Source of the DNA: an uncultured virus (IMG/VR IMGVR_UViG_3300024255_000019)
Lineage: Duplodnaviria; Heunggongvirae; Uroviricota; Caudoviricetes
DNA: 64,000 bases
Virus record (IMG/VR): IMGVR_UViG_3300024255_000019
Direction: 5' to 3' (one strand)
Shown: positions 1 to 7,716 of the stretch, one piece after another
Numbering within the stretch: position 1 is the first letter of the stretch
Layout of the letters: every line of letters starts with the position of its first letter
Translations under genes and position numbers: made by a program
Notes under the pieces: generated by a model
The model's input: the letters and a program-made list of their open reading frames with translations, nothing else
Database searches by the model: none
Told to the model about the DNA's origin: nothing

Positions 1-86
1 GGCCGTCGTGGGTCTTAAATGGTAGAGCTATTAACTCCGTGATTCCATCTCGCCGTCATGGTTTATCCCACCAATTTTTTTAACTT

Positions 87-377
87 TTACCTTCTAGCTT
101 TGTAGCTATATGTTAATCTTTCTTGTGATGCCTTTTTGAGCCATCTCTTTCTGCCCTCTGCAGCTTTACGCTTTCTTTTTGCAGTTGGCTTTTCATAAAA
201 TTCTCTAGCTCTTAGTTCTTTTACGATCCCAGCTTTTTCAATCTGTTTTCTAAATTTTCTAAGTGCTATATCAAAAGGCATATCACTTTGAGGCCTTCTA
301 TCTTTTGGATGTCTTGGCCCTGGTCTCAAATCAACGGTTCTACCGTTAATTGGTTTATTTTTATTATTGTATCTCAT
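87..377 (-). CDS. rpsU: 30S ribosomal protein S21 (phage-encoded bS21)
   Basis: [38 protein letters not shown] matches the bS21 signature. Start moved to ATG 377, directly below a promoter. Confidence 0.93.
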   Translation of the reverse strand: MRYNNKNKPINGRTVDLRPGPRHPKDRRPQSDMPFDIALRKFRKQIEKAGIVKELRAREFYEKPTAKRKRKAAEGRKRWLKKASQERLTYSYKARR

Positions 378-384
378 AGGTATT

Positions 385-413
385 ATTATAACATAACAAA
401 AACGATTTGTCAA
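385..413 (-). promoter_or_regulatory. sigma70-type early promoter for rpsU
   Basis: TTGACA (413-408), 17 bp spacer, TATAAT (390-385), with TGn extension. Confidence 0.85.
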
Positions 414-473
414 CATGTTTTTGTAATTAATTTAAAATGTTTCTTATAATATATTTTGTATACTATAAGAAAC

Positions 474-501
474 AAAAAAGAGAGCCCTTGTGAGGCCCTC
501 T
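474..501 (-). terminator. Rho-independent terminator closing the large ncRNA
   Basis: Minus strand has a GAGGGCC...GGCTCTC stem (one G-U pair) followed by a T-tract. Confidence 0.85.
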
Positions 502-1037
502 TCGTAAATCAGTTTGGGGCGGTGAACCTTTATTAACGGGATTCGTCAAGTAGTGTAGAATCGTTAATCGTTGTTCTGCCGCTACCCCGAGCTTAAAGCC
601 CCTATTATTGAAACTTAAAGTCGACTGACTGGCCTAGGACTTACGTCTTACTTTGTTAATATCAGTATTCCAAGTAGGGGTAGCAATTAAGCCTCCTAAA
701 TTTCCTAAAGATAAAGACCCTTGACCGCTAAGTCATTGTGTCGTTATAAATCGCAAAATCTATAACCTGTCTCGTTTCAGCACTGCGGGGTTTCTCTCCC
801 ACTATGGTATCAAGCGTTTCCTCATACCCTGGCTCGTCTCAGTCTATATTGATTTGTTCTATCCCGCCATATTATCACTTTCCAGCGCGGTCTTCCTCAA
901 GCTACCGTACGGGGTGTCCACCTTTAATCTTGCCTCTGAACGATCGATAAAGTCGTCATCTCGTGCAAACTGTCTCCGCGGTATCTAACATACGTTTTGT
1001 TAGTTTCTCTTACCACCGGGGGTGTTTCCCTCAATAT
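474..1037 (-). ncRNA. candidate large structured non-coding RNA (~560 nt), family unassigned
   Basis: No ORF of 60 aa or more; more GC-rich than its flanks; bounded by a consensus promoter and a terminator; several visible helices (581-588/677-684, 743-766, 806-828, 985-1003). Confidence 0.75.
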
Positions 1038-1043
1038 AAGATA

Positions 1044-1072
1044 ATTATATCAAGTTGTTTCGTCTTTGTCAA
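1044..1072 (-). promoter_or_regulatory. sigma70-type promoter driving the large ncRNA
   Basis: TTGACA (1072-1067), 17 bp, TATAAT (1049-1044), upstream A-tract. Confidence 0.88.
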
Positions 1073-1143
1073 CCCTTTTTTGAAAATAATTTAAAAAAGT
1101 TTTGATTAGAATGTCCAATCATTGATGATTAATTATAAGAGTT

Positions 1144-1172
1144 ATTATAACACGCTATATTGTATTTGTCAA
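1144..1172 (-). promoter_or_regulatory. second sigma70-type promoter, 100 bp upstream of the first
   Basis: TTGACA (1172-1167), 17 bp, TATAAT (1149-1144). Confidence 0.85.
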
Positions 1173-1190
1173 CCCTTTTATGAAAAACAT

Positions 1191-1243
1191 TTTTATGTCC
1201 ACTAAAGTGCGAGACTTCTACACTTTTATGTCCACTAAAGTGC
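1191..1243. repeat. 20-bp perfect direct repeat, period 33
   Basis: TTTTATGTCCACTAAAGTGC at 1191-1210 and 1224-1243. Confidence 0.95.
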
Positions 1244-1244
1244 A

Positions 1245-1739
1245 TTAACTCTTCTTGTTTTGTTTTTCCATATAGGCTGAACACTTGTCATAAGCTTTTT
1301 GGTCAACAACACCTTCTGATAATAGCTTCTGTCTATTCTTTAAATGTGCTGATTGTGTATCTTCTTTGCTTCCACCAGTATATGGAACACAATGGCCTTC
1401 TTTTGCCATAATTTCTGTAGCCATACACCATCTATCTTCTTTGCCGTAATAAACACTAAAGTCACCAAGGATTCTACCAAACTTCCCTTTGGCATCTTCT
1501 CCACCTCGACCTTTAAATGTCTTTAATACAACATCTTTCTTTAATAATTCTTTTAATGCTTTCTTCGCTGCAAGTCCAAATAGTTTTTCAACCTTGTCAC
1601 GCGTACGAGACTCTGGTGTATCAATGCCCATAATACGAACACGCTCGTTACGAAGCCAAATACCAAAACCCAAGTCAATGTCGACATCAACTGTATCTCC
1701 ATCTACCACTTTAATTAATTTTGCTTTATACTCATACAT
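1245..1739 (-). CDS. thermonuclease (SNase-like) family nuclease
   Basis: VVDGDTVDV, RIMGIDTPE and GKFGRILG motifs; RBS AGGAG. Confidence 0.9.
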   Translation of the reverse strand: MYEYKAKLIKVVDGDTVDVDIDLGFGIWLRNERVRIMGIDTPESRTRDKVEKLFGLAAKKALKELLKKDVVLKTFKGRGGEDAKGKFGRILGDFSVYYGKEDRWCMATEIMAKEGHCVPYTGGSKEDTQSAHLKNRQKLLSEGVVDQKAYDKCSAYMEKQNKKS

Positions 1740-1847
1740 TATATGATTCTCCTGTTAGTTGAAGATATTTATCTTCTTTTGCACCAAACACGAATCCACC
1801 ATTTGAAGTACTTTCGTCCTTCACCATAAGCTGCCGACTCTAATCTA

Positions 1848-1973
1848 TTATATAACAAATTCAATAAAAGCTACTATTGAAATAGCTAACCACATTGCTA
1901 ATCCGATAACCAGAATTAACAAAATAGAAGCTTGTCCTATCTTGTCGAGGAAATGCTGTAGCCAATCCCACAT
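1848..1973 (-). CDS. small membrane protein (41 aa)
   Basis: Translated by hand: MWDWLQHFLDKIGQASILLILVIGLAMWLAISIVAFIEFVI; abuts neighbouring genes. Confidence 0.55.
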   Translation of the reverse strand: MWDWLQHFLDKIGQASILLILVIGLAMWLAISIVAFIEFVI

Positions 1974-1975
1974 AA

Positions 1976-2119
1976 TTATTTACCTTGTCCGCGATACTTT
2001 TTAAATCCACGCTTTTTGGACTTATTCATCGTTGACATACTTTTTGGTCTTTTACCAATGCTCGTACCTTTTTTCACCCCGTTGTGAGATGTAGAGAACG
2101 CGCTAGTCTTTACTGCCAT
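1976..2119 (-). CDS. small basic protein ending KKYRGQGK (47 aa)
   Basis: Translated by hand; C-terminal KKYRGQGK motif is typical of small proteins in marine T4-like phages. Confidence 0.75.
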   Translation of the reverse strand: MAVKTSAFSTSHNGVKKGTSIGKRPKSMSTMNKSKKRGFKKYRGQGK

Positions 2120-2363
2120 ATCTTTTTTCCTTTAAAAATTCTAATAGAGATGTATAATCTCCTATGTATTCATTATCAACAAAAATGTTTGGGATTACAT
2201 TAGTATTTGCTTTACCTTCAACACACTCTAAGTAATATTTACGAATAGAGCGATCGTAGTATTCATAATCAATACCAAATTTATCACATTCTTTTCTTGC
2301 TTTATCACATACGCCACAATCTCTTTGGCCGTATATTTTAATCTTTTGTTGGGGCTTTTGCAT
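2103..2363 (-). CDS. glutaredoxin-like protein
   Basis: IYGQRDCGVC (CxxC) and VIPNIFVDNEYIGDY; start moved to MQKPQQ. Confidence 0.85.
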   Translation of the reverse strand: MQKPQQKIKIYGQRDCGVCDKARKECDKFGIDYEYYDRSIRKYYLECVEGKANTNVIPNIFVDNEYIGDYTSLLEFLKEKRYGSKD

Positions 2364-2667
2364 TCCACTTAGATACGAATTGTAGTTTCTTTTCTCTATC
2401 CCAATCTTTTGCAAGCTCAGGATTCTCTTTGTCAAACCATCTAAGCATATGGTCTTCGTCGATAATATCAACTGATGCAATGGTTTCACCTAACCATCTT
2501 TGACTGAATTCGTTTACCTCTTCGCAAGTTACAACGTCACTGGCCCACTCTTCTGCGAGCTTATCAGTGAGTTTTACATCAGGATTGGTTTCTTGCAAAC
2601 CATCCATCGGAATCATATATGTTTGTCTAAAGCTAGACACACATTCCACTTTTACATACTTCTTCAT
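2338..2667 (-). CDS. hypothetical phage protein
   Basis: ORF with GAGG RBS in a minus-strand operon. Confidence 0.75.
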   Translation of the reverse strand: MKKYVKVECVSSFRQTYMIPMDGLQETNPDVKLTDKLAEEWASDVVTCEEVNEFSQRWLGETIASVDIIDEDHMLRWFDKENPELAKDWDREKKLQFVSKWNAKAPTKD

Positions 2668-2783
2668 AATATACCTCAATAAATTATATAAACAATAAAC
2701 CTATAAAAAATCCAATATTCAACCCAATCGAACATACCAAAACAAAATCCTTAGTAAAACTCTTTTGTTCGAACTCGTATATT

Positions 2784-2972
2784 TTAATCTTGTTCCATGC
2801 TCCAAGTCTTGCTGACTTTACGTGCTCTTTCCATCTCGGTATTACCCTCGATGCCCCTGCCATTTGTATTTGGCTTTTTAATTTCTACTCTAGAAGAATG
2901 TGGTGCTCCAAATTCTCTTTCGTAAACTGTTTGTCCCTTATCTGGGCTCTCATAAATTTTTGTCATTGCCAT
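2784..2972 (-). CDS. hypothetical protein (IYESPDKGQTVYER motif)
   Basis: Motif recurrent in phage small proteins; GGAG RBS. Confidence 0.75.
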   Translation of the reverse strand: MAMTKIYESPDKGQTVYEREFGAPHSSRVEIKKPNTNGRGIEGNTEMERARKVSKTWSMEQD

Positions 2973-3208
2973 AACTCCAATCCAAAAAGGTTGTTCTGTA
3001 GAGGTTTATCAAAAACTTCCATGTCTTTATAAGCCTCGTTTTCTACTTGCTTTTCGTAAAAAGCTCTAAGTTCTTTGTATACACTTCGTATCTGCACTGG
3101 CATTACACCACCTTGCATAATACAGCATTCAATCTCATTAGCAAGTTTTCTTGCCAATCTAATTTCTTCTGCGGTTCCACGATCGTGGGTTTCAAAATCA
3201 TTATTCAT
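2963..3208 (-). CDS. hypothetical protein
   Basis: ORF with GAGG RBS, operon-packed. Confidence 0.7.
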   Translation of the reverse strand: MNNDFETHDRGTAEEIRLARKLANEIECCIMQGGVMPVQIRSVYKELRAFYEKQVENEAYKDMEVFDKPLQNNLFGLELWQ

Positions 3209-3377
3209 TATATATTCCTCAAAATAATACTAGTTAAATATAACAGTAATAATACTGTTCCTAAAAAGCTTCCAGCCAATATAAATCCAAATAACAATAT
3301 TCTACCAAACGTTGGTTCGAAAGGTTTATTTGGTAATTTACCTACACCGACTAGTGCTTTTAAAACTTCTTTAATCA

Positions 3378-3560
3378 CTAAAATAAAATATCATTCAATG
3401 CAAATACAGCCAACATCATACCAAATACTGTGATTTGTATAATAGCTGGAATAACAACGAACATGACCATAGGGTCAAAGTCCATTCGCATCCAATAATC
3501 GTCTTTGTGCCAATCTTCTACTTGCTTTGGCGTAGCTTCTTTATAATTTAATTTTTCCAT
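3378..3560 (-). CDS. small membrane protein
   Basis: C-terminal hydrophobic helix; operon-packed. Confidence 0.65.
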   Translation of the reverse strand: MEKLNYKEATPKQVEDWHKDDYWMRMDFDPMVMFVVIPAIIQITVFGMMLAVFALNDILF

Positions 3561-3751
3561 AATCCATCTAATATTTCTTCGACTTCTGGGTAGGAATCCA
3601 TCTCGTCGACTATCATATCAATTTCATCTAAGCGATCGAGTTCTTCAGCTAACCGATATGCGTAATGTTGTCTATGTAATTCTTGCATAAACATGTTTAC
3701 TCTTAACCATCTTTGGTAATTAAAATCTTGGTCACCTGAATATTCGCTCAT
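3548..3751 (-). CDS. hypothetical protein
   Basis: Start overlaps the upstream stop codon. Confidence 0.65.
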   Translation of the reverse strand: MSEYSGDQDFNYQRWLRVNMFMQELHRQHYAYRLAEELDRLDEIDMIVDEMDSYPEVEEILDGLWKN

Positions 3752-4167
3752 TACTTAAATAATCCTATCTTCTCTCCGGCTTTAATTCTACGGTCATATT
3801 CCTCAGGTGAGTCTGGATATCTCCACCCCCATGCTGCTCCTAGTGCCATAAAGGTACCAGAATAAGCTACTGCTTTCCAGTTTCCTGTGAATACAATCAT
3901 ACACAATAAAGCAAATGCCATAAATCCTAACATCATGTACTTTGCTTTTCTTGGGAATACTTTCTTTGTTTCCCAATTTGTTAAGAATGGTCCAAATAAT
4001 TTATGGTTATATAACCAATTGTGCATTCTATCTGAACTCTTTGCAAAACAATATGCTGCAAATACTGCTGGAATACTAAATGGTATCCCTGGTAGAATCA
4101 CTCCTACGTAAGCAACTCCTAAACTTAAAAATCCTAATCCACCCCATGCTAACTTTTTCATGTTCAT
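3751..4167 (-). CDS. ybaN: YbaN/DUF454 family inner-membrane protein
   Basis: GVILPGIPFSIPAVFAAYCFAKSSDRMHNWLYNHKLFGPFL matches the DUF454 pattern. Confidence 0.85.
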   Translation of the reverse strand: MNMKKLAWGGLGFLSLGVAYVGVILPGIPFSIPAVFAAYCFAKSSDRMHNWLYNHKLFGPFLTNWETKKVFPRKAKYMMLGFMAFALLCMIVFTGNWKAVAYSGTFMALGAAWGWRYPDSPEEYDRRIKAGEKIGLFK

Positions 4168-4433
4168 GTTAATATCGCCTTGATGTGTTCTGCAGATACT
4201 ATAACTGCATCTTGTCCACCTATACGCACTGGCATAGCTTTATCCCAAGATAGATATACTGTATCACCTTTGTTTAAGTGTGCTGCACTTGTGGCAGGAC
4301 CTACTGCAATTACAACACCAGGTTCTGATGCTGTTGCTTTAACTTCAGATGATAATATAATACCACCTTCTGTTTTATTTTCTTTTGGAGCAGCTGCTAC
4401 TAACACTTGCTCACCTATCATTTGAATACTCAT
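4164..4433 (-). CDS. groES: co-chaperonin GroES (gp31-like)
   Basis: KTEGGIIL mobile loop; GVVIAVGP. Confidence 0.88.
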   Translation of the reverse strand: MSIQMIGEQVLVAAAPKENKTEGGIILSSEVKATASEPGVVIAVGPATSAAHLNKGDTVYLSWDKAMPVRIGGQDAVIVSAEHIKAILT

Positions 4434-5266
4434 ATTTTTCGTCTCGTTACCGCAGATTTAAGTCCACTACTTTTTTCACTACGTTGTTCTTCTATTTCCA
4501 TATTCATAATCTGTTTTTCGTCAATCAAAGGTTTAGCAGGAGCCTCACGTTCACGTTTAAATGCAGCTGTTGATACAATCAATAGCATTATTGCAAGTGG
4601 GTCAAATACGAATATAATTGTTAAAATAATCCAACGAACAGCATTATCGTAATATGATTCGGCATCATCACCGTATATCATATCAGCGATATATTTTACT
4701 GGTCCCAATTCTGCTTCTTGGTCCAATTGCTGTCTTAGTATTGGCATCTTTTGTTCGTTAAGCGATACAATCTCATCTACTAAAATATCAATATTAGCAT
4801 TGATTTCGTTACGCTCTGGTGTTTGTACTTTATTGACATAGTTTCTATCTTTCGGTTGACTTGTCTGAAGTACATAATCTAAACTCTCTAACCTACCAGT
4901 GAGATTGTCTAGTTGTAATTGTTTACCATCTAATCTTTTATCTACAATACTTGCTTCAAGGCTATAACTATCACCAGTAATTGATGCATCGATATGTGCT
5001 TTTGAAAGATATCCAAAGATACCCATGCTTGTTATAAGCATTAATACGACAACTGCTGTGGTAAAATAGGCTCGAACCATGTTATTGATTCTATCCCATT
5101 CGTAATGTAACCATGCAGCTGATACGATTTTTCCGAACTCTAAAACACTTGCCATAAAAGCAATGCTTAATGCAGCACCACTAAAAATAGTCATTAGTCC
5201 AATGATACTAAAGTATGCAGCAGTTGTTGCGAGAGTCAAAGATGTAAATAAGGTTAACCATTTCAT
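4430..5266 (-). CDS. membrane protein with central coiled coil
   Basis: Three N-terminal TM segments, coiled coil, and a C-terminal IIFVFDPLAI TM. Confidence 0.8.
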   Translation of the reverse strand: MKWLTLFTSLTLATTAAYFSIIGLMTIFSGAALSIAFMASVLEFGKIVSAAWLHYEWDRINNMVRAYFTTAVVVLMLITSMGIFGYLSKAHIDASITGDSYSLEASIVDKRLDGKQLQLDNLTGRLESLDYVLQTSQPKDRNYVNKVQTPERNEINANIDILVDEIVSLNEQKMPILRQQLDQEAELGPVKYIADMIYGDDAESYYDNAVRWIILTIIFVFDPLAIMLLIVSTAAFKREREAPAKPLIDEKQIMNMEIEEQRSEKSSGLKSAVTRRKI

Positions 5267-5294
5267 AATATTATTTATTTCTACAGAGAATATT

Positions 5295-6494
5295 TCATAT
5301 TTGTTGGAATGTATCCTCTAATGCTTCAACTAATTCGTACATCATAGTTGTTGTGTGAATCGGAGTTGGAGTAATCCTCAATCGTTCTGTTCCAACATCT
5401 ACTGTTGGACTATTAATTGGCTGAATATAAATTCCATGTTTGTTTAAAAGATAATCCGACATCTCTTTACATCGTTTTGCTTCACCAACCATTATTGGAA
5501 TAATATGAGTACAAGCTTCAGGATGTACTTCTAACCCAGCTTCAATTACCATATCTTTAATAATTTTACTATTTCGCTGATGAGTTTCTCTTACTTCATT
5601 ATGTTCCATTAAAAATCTTATTGATGCAATACTACCTGCGCACATTACTGGACTTAAACTTGTTGTGAATATAAATCCACTTGCTACACTTCGAATAGCA
5701 TCAAGAACAGTAGCACCACCAGCAATGTAACCTCCATGGCCACCAAACGCTTTTCCCAAGGTTCCATTTATAATATCTACCCTATCTGATAATCCTAATT
5801 TTTCACAATAACCTGCACCAGTATCACCGTATAATCCAACGGCATGAACTTCGTCAATATAAGTTATTGCATTGTACTTATCTGCTAAATCACAGATTTC
5901 TTTAATTGGTGCAACATCACCGTCCATACTATAAACACTTTCAAATACTATACATGGAGTTTGGAAATTCTCTTGACATGTTTTCAATGCCGATTCCAAT
6001 TCTTCCATATTATTATGTTCCCATATAATCTTATCTGCTCGACTATGTTTAATTCCCATAATCAATGAGGCATGATTTTTATTATCTGAAACAAAACAAA
6101 TATTTGGAATAATACGACTGAGAGCGATCATGCTCCATTCGTTAGCTACATAAGCTGAAGTGAATAATAAACCACGTTCTTTCTTATGTAATTGTGACAA
6201 TACATTTTCCAGTGTTACATGGTAATGGGAGGTACCCCCAATATTACGAGTACCTCCACTACCTGAACCTGTTTTATCCAACGCAGTTTGCATAGCGTCA
6301 ATAACATACTGATTTTGACCCATACCCAAATAGTCATTACTACACCAGTTAATAATATTCTTCGGTGAGTATTTACTATACCATGTTGCTCTTGGAAATT
6401 CTCCTCGAGTTCTTACAATATCATTAAAAACTCTATAATTTCCATCTGCTTTAAGTTTTTCAATTACATCTATAAAAGGTTTTTCATCAATCAT
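5295..6494 (-). CDS. hemA: 5-aminolevulinate synthase (Shemin pathway)
   Basis: [46 protein letters not shown] (PLP lysine), GFIFTTSL. Confidence 0.96.
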   Translation of the reverse strand: MIDEKPFIDVIEKLKADGNYRVFNDIVRTRGEFPRATWYSKYSPKNIINWCSNDYLGMGQNQYVIDAMQTALDKTGSGSGGTRNIGGTSHYHVTLENVLSQLHKKERGLLFTSAYVANEWSMIALSRIIPNICFVSDNKNHASLIMGIKHSRADKIIWEHNNMEELESALKTCQENFQTPCIVFESVYSMDGDVAPIKEICDLADKYNAITYIDEVHAVGLYGDTGAGYCEKLGLSDRVDIINGTLGKAFGGHGGYIAGGATVLDAIRSVASGFIFTTSLSPVMCAGSIASIRFLMEHNEVRETHQRNSKIIKDMVIEAGLEVHPEACTHIIPIMVGEAKRCKEMSDYLLNKHGIYIQPINSPTVDVGTERLRITPTPIHTTTMMYELVEALEDTFQQI

Positions 6495-6503
6495 GTTCTA
6501 TCT

Positions 6504-7712
6504 CTATGCTGCGTAAGCGTCGTCCCAATCTCCTTTCAAACCAGCAACTTCATATTCAGTCACTCTGTTTTCAAAGAAGTTAGTATGGTCTGCACCGTTT
6601 AATACCCATTCCAACCAAGGAAGTGGATTGTCTTTTACTTTAAAGTTTGGCTTCATACCAAGTTGTAATAAGCGTCTGTCTGTAATATAACGAATATACT
6701 CTTTAACTTCTGCTGTATCCAATCCTTCAATGTTACCCATTTCATAAGCAAGGTCGATGAATTTATCTTCAAGGTCTACAATGTCTTTTGACATTTCATA
6801 GATTTCTTTCTTAAACTCATTATCGACAACACGACTATGTTCTTTAACAAATGCTTTAAAGAGTTTTGAGTTACCTTCAACGTGAATACTTTCATCACGA
6901 ATACTCCACTCTACAACTTTACCCATACCTTTCATTTTACCGAAACGTTGGAAGTTTAATAGCATTACGAAAGAAGCAAAGAGTGCAACACCTTCGTTAA
7001 ATACTGATTTGGCTAATGATAAACCAAGACCACGTAATGTTGCTGTATCAGCTTTTCTCATATAGTCAATCTTATCGGCCATTTCTGAATATTCTAAGAA
7101 CGCGTGGTACTCACTATCAGGTAGACCAAGGGTTTCATTTAATAGAGCATAAGCTCTTTGGTGAATACCTTCTCTTGCTGCAAATGACCCAAGCATATTA
7201 CGAATTTCATTATTCTTAAACTTAGGAATAAATTGGTCATAATAGTTTTGACCGACTGCAACATCGCTTTGAGTAAATAATCTTAAGATATTTGTAATGT
7301 ACTCTTTTTCAACTGCTGTAATCTTTCCACCTTTCCAATCAGCTACATCTTCTGATAAATCTAATTCATCTTCAATCCAATGTGCTTTTTCGTGTCTTGT
7401 TGTAATCTCTACAGCCCAAGGGTAATGGAATGGTTTATAAGTTTCTGAGAACTCTAATAATCCACCTTGTTTCTTAACAAGAGTATCTGCAATAGCCATC
7501 AGGTCATTATATGTTCCAATGTGCTTATCGTCGATAAAAATTTGTGGTACTGACCTTACCTCTTTACCATTACTTACTCTTTGGTAAAATGCTAATCTTT
7601 GCTCTTCATCATCGAGTACTATTTGTGTGTATGTAAATCCTCTTTGTTTAAACCATGCTTTGGCTTTTTCACAAAAAGGACAGTTTGATTTGGTATATAT
7701 TGTTATATCCAT
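6504..7712 (-). CDS. nrdB: ribonucleotide reductase class I beta subunit with N-terminal glutaredoxin domain
   Basis: CPFC Grx domain followed by REGIHQRAY, EGVALF and RDESIH diiron ligands; start moved to ATG 7712. Confidence 0.95.
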   Translation of the reverse strand: MDITIYTKSNCPFCEKAKAWFKQRGFTYTQIVLDDEEQRLAFYQRVSNGKEVRSVPQIFIDDKHIGTYNDLMAIADTLVKKQGGLLEFSETYKPFHYPWAVEITTRHEKAHWIEDELDLSEDVADWKGGKITAVEKEYITNILRLFTQSDVAVGQNYYDQFIPKFKNNEIRNMLGSFAAREGIHQRAYALLNETLGLPDSEYHAFLEYSEMADKIDYMRKADTATLRGLGLSLAKSVFNEGVALFASFVMLLNFQRFGKMKGMGKVVEWSIRDESIHVEGNSKLFKAFVKEHSRVVDNEFKKEIYEMSKDIVDLEDKFIDLAYEMGNIEGLDTAEVKEYIRYITDRRLLQLGMKPNFKVKDNPLPWLEWVLNGADHTNFFENRVTEYEVAGLKGDWDDAYAA

Positions 7713-7716
7713 CTTG

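Noticed and set aside
1..73. Plus-strand tRNA ending CCACCA at 73
   Set aside because: No convincing T-arm or cloverleaf.
474..1037. RNase P RNA, group I intron or tmRNA identity for the large RNA
   Set aside because: Only partial look-alikes (GAGGAAGACC, GTTCAGAGGC). No matching P4 or P7 partner strands, no interrupted host gene, and no tRNA-like ends or tag frame.
1191..1243. Mini CRISPR array
   Set aside because: Only two repeats, a 13-nt spacer and no cas genes.
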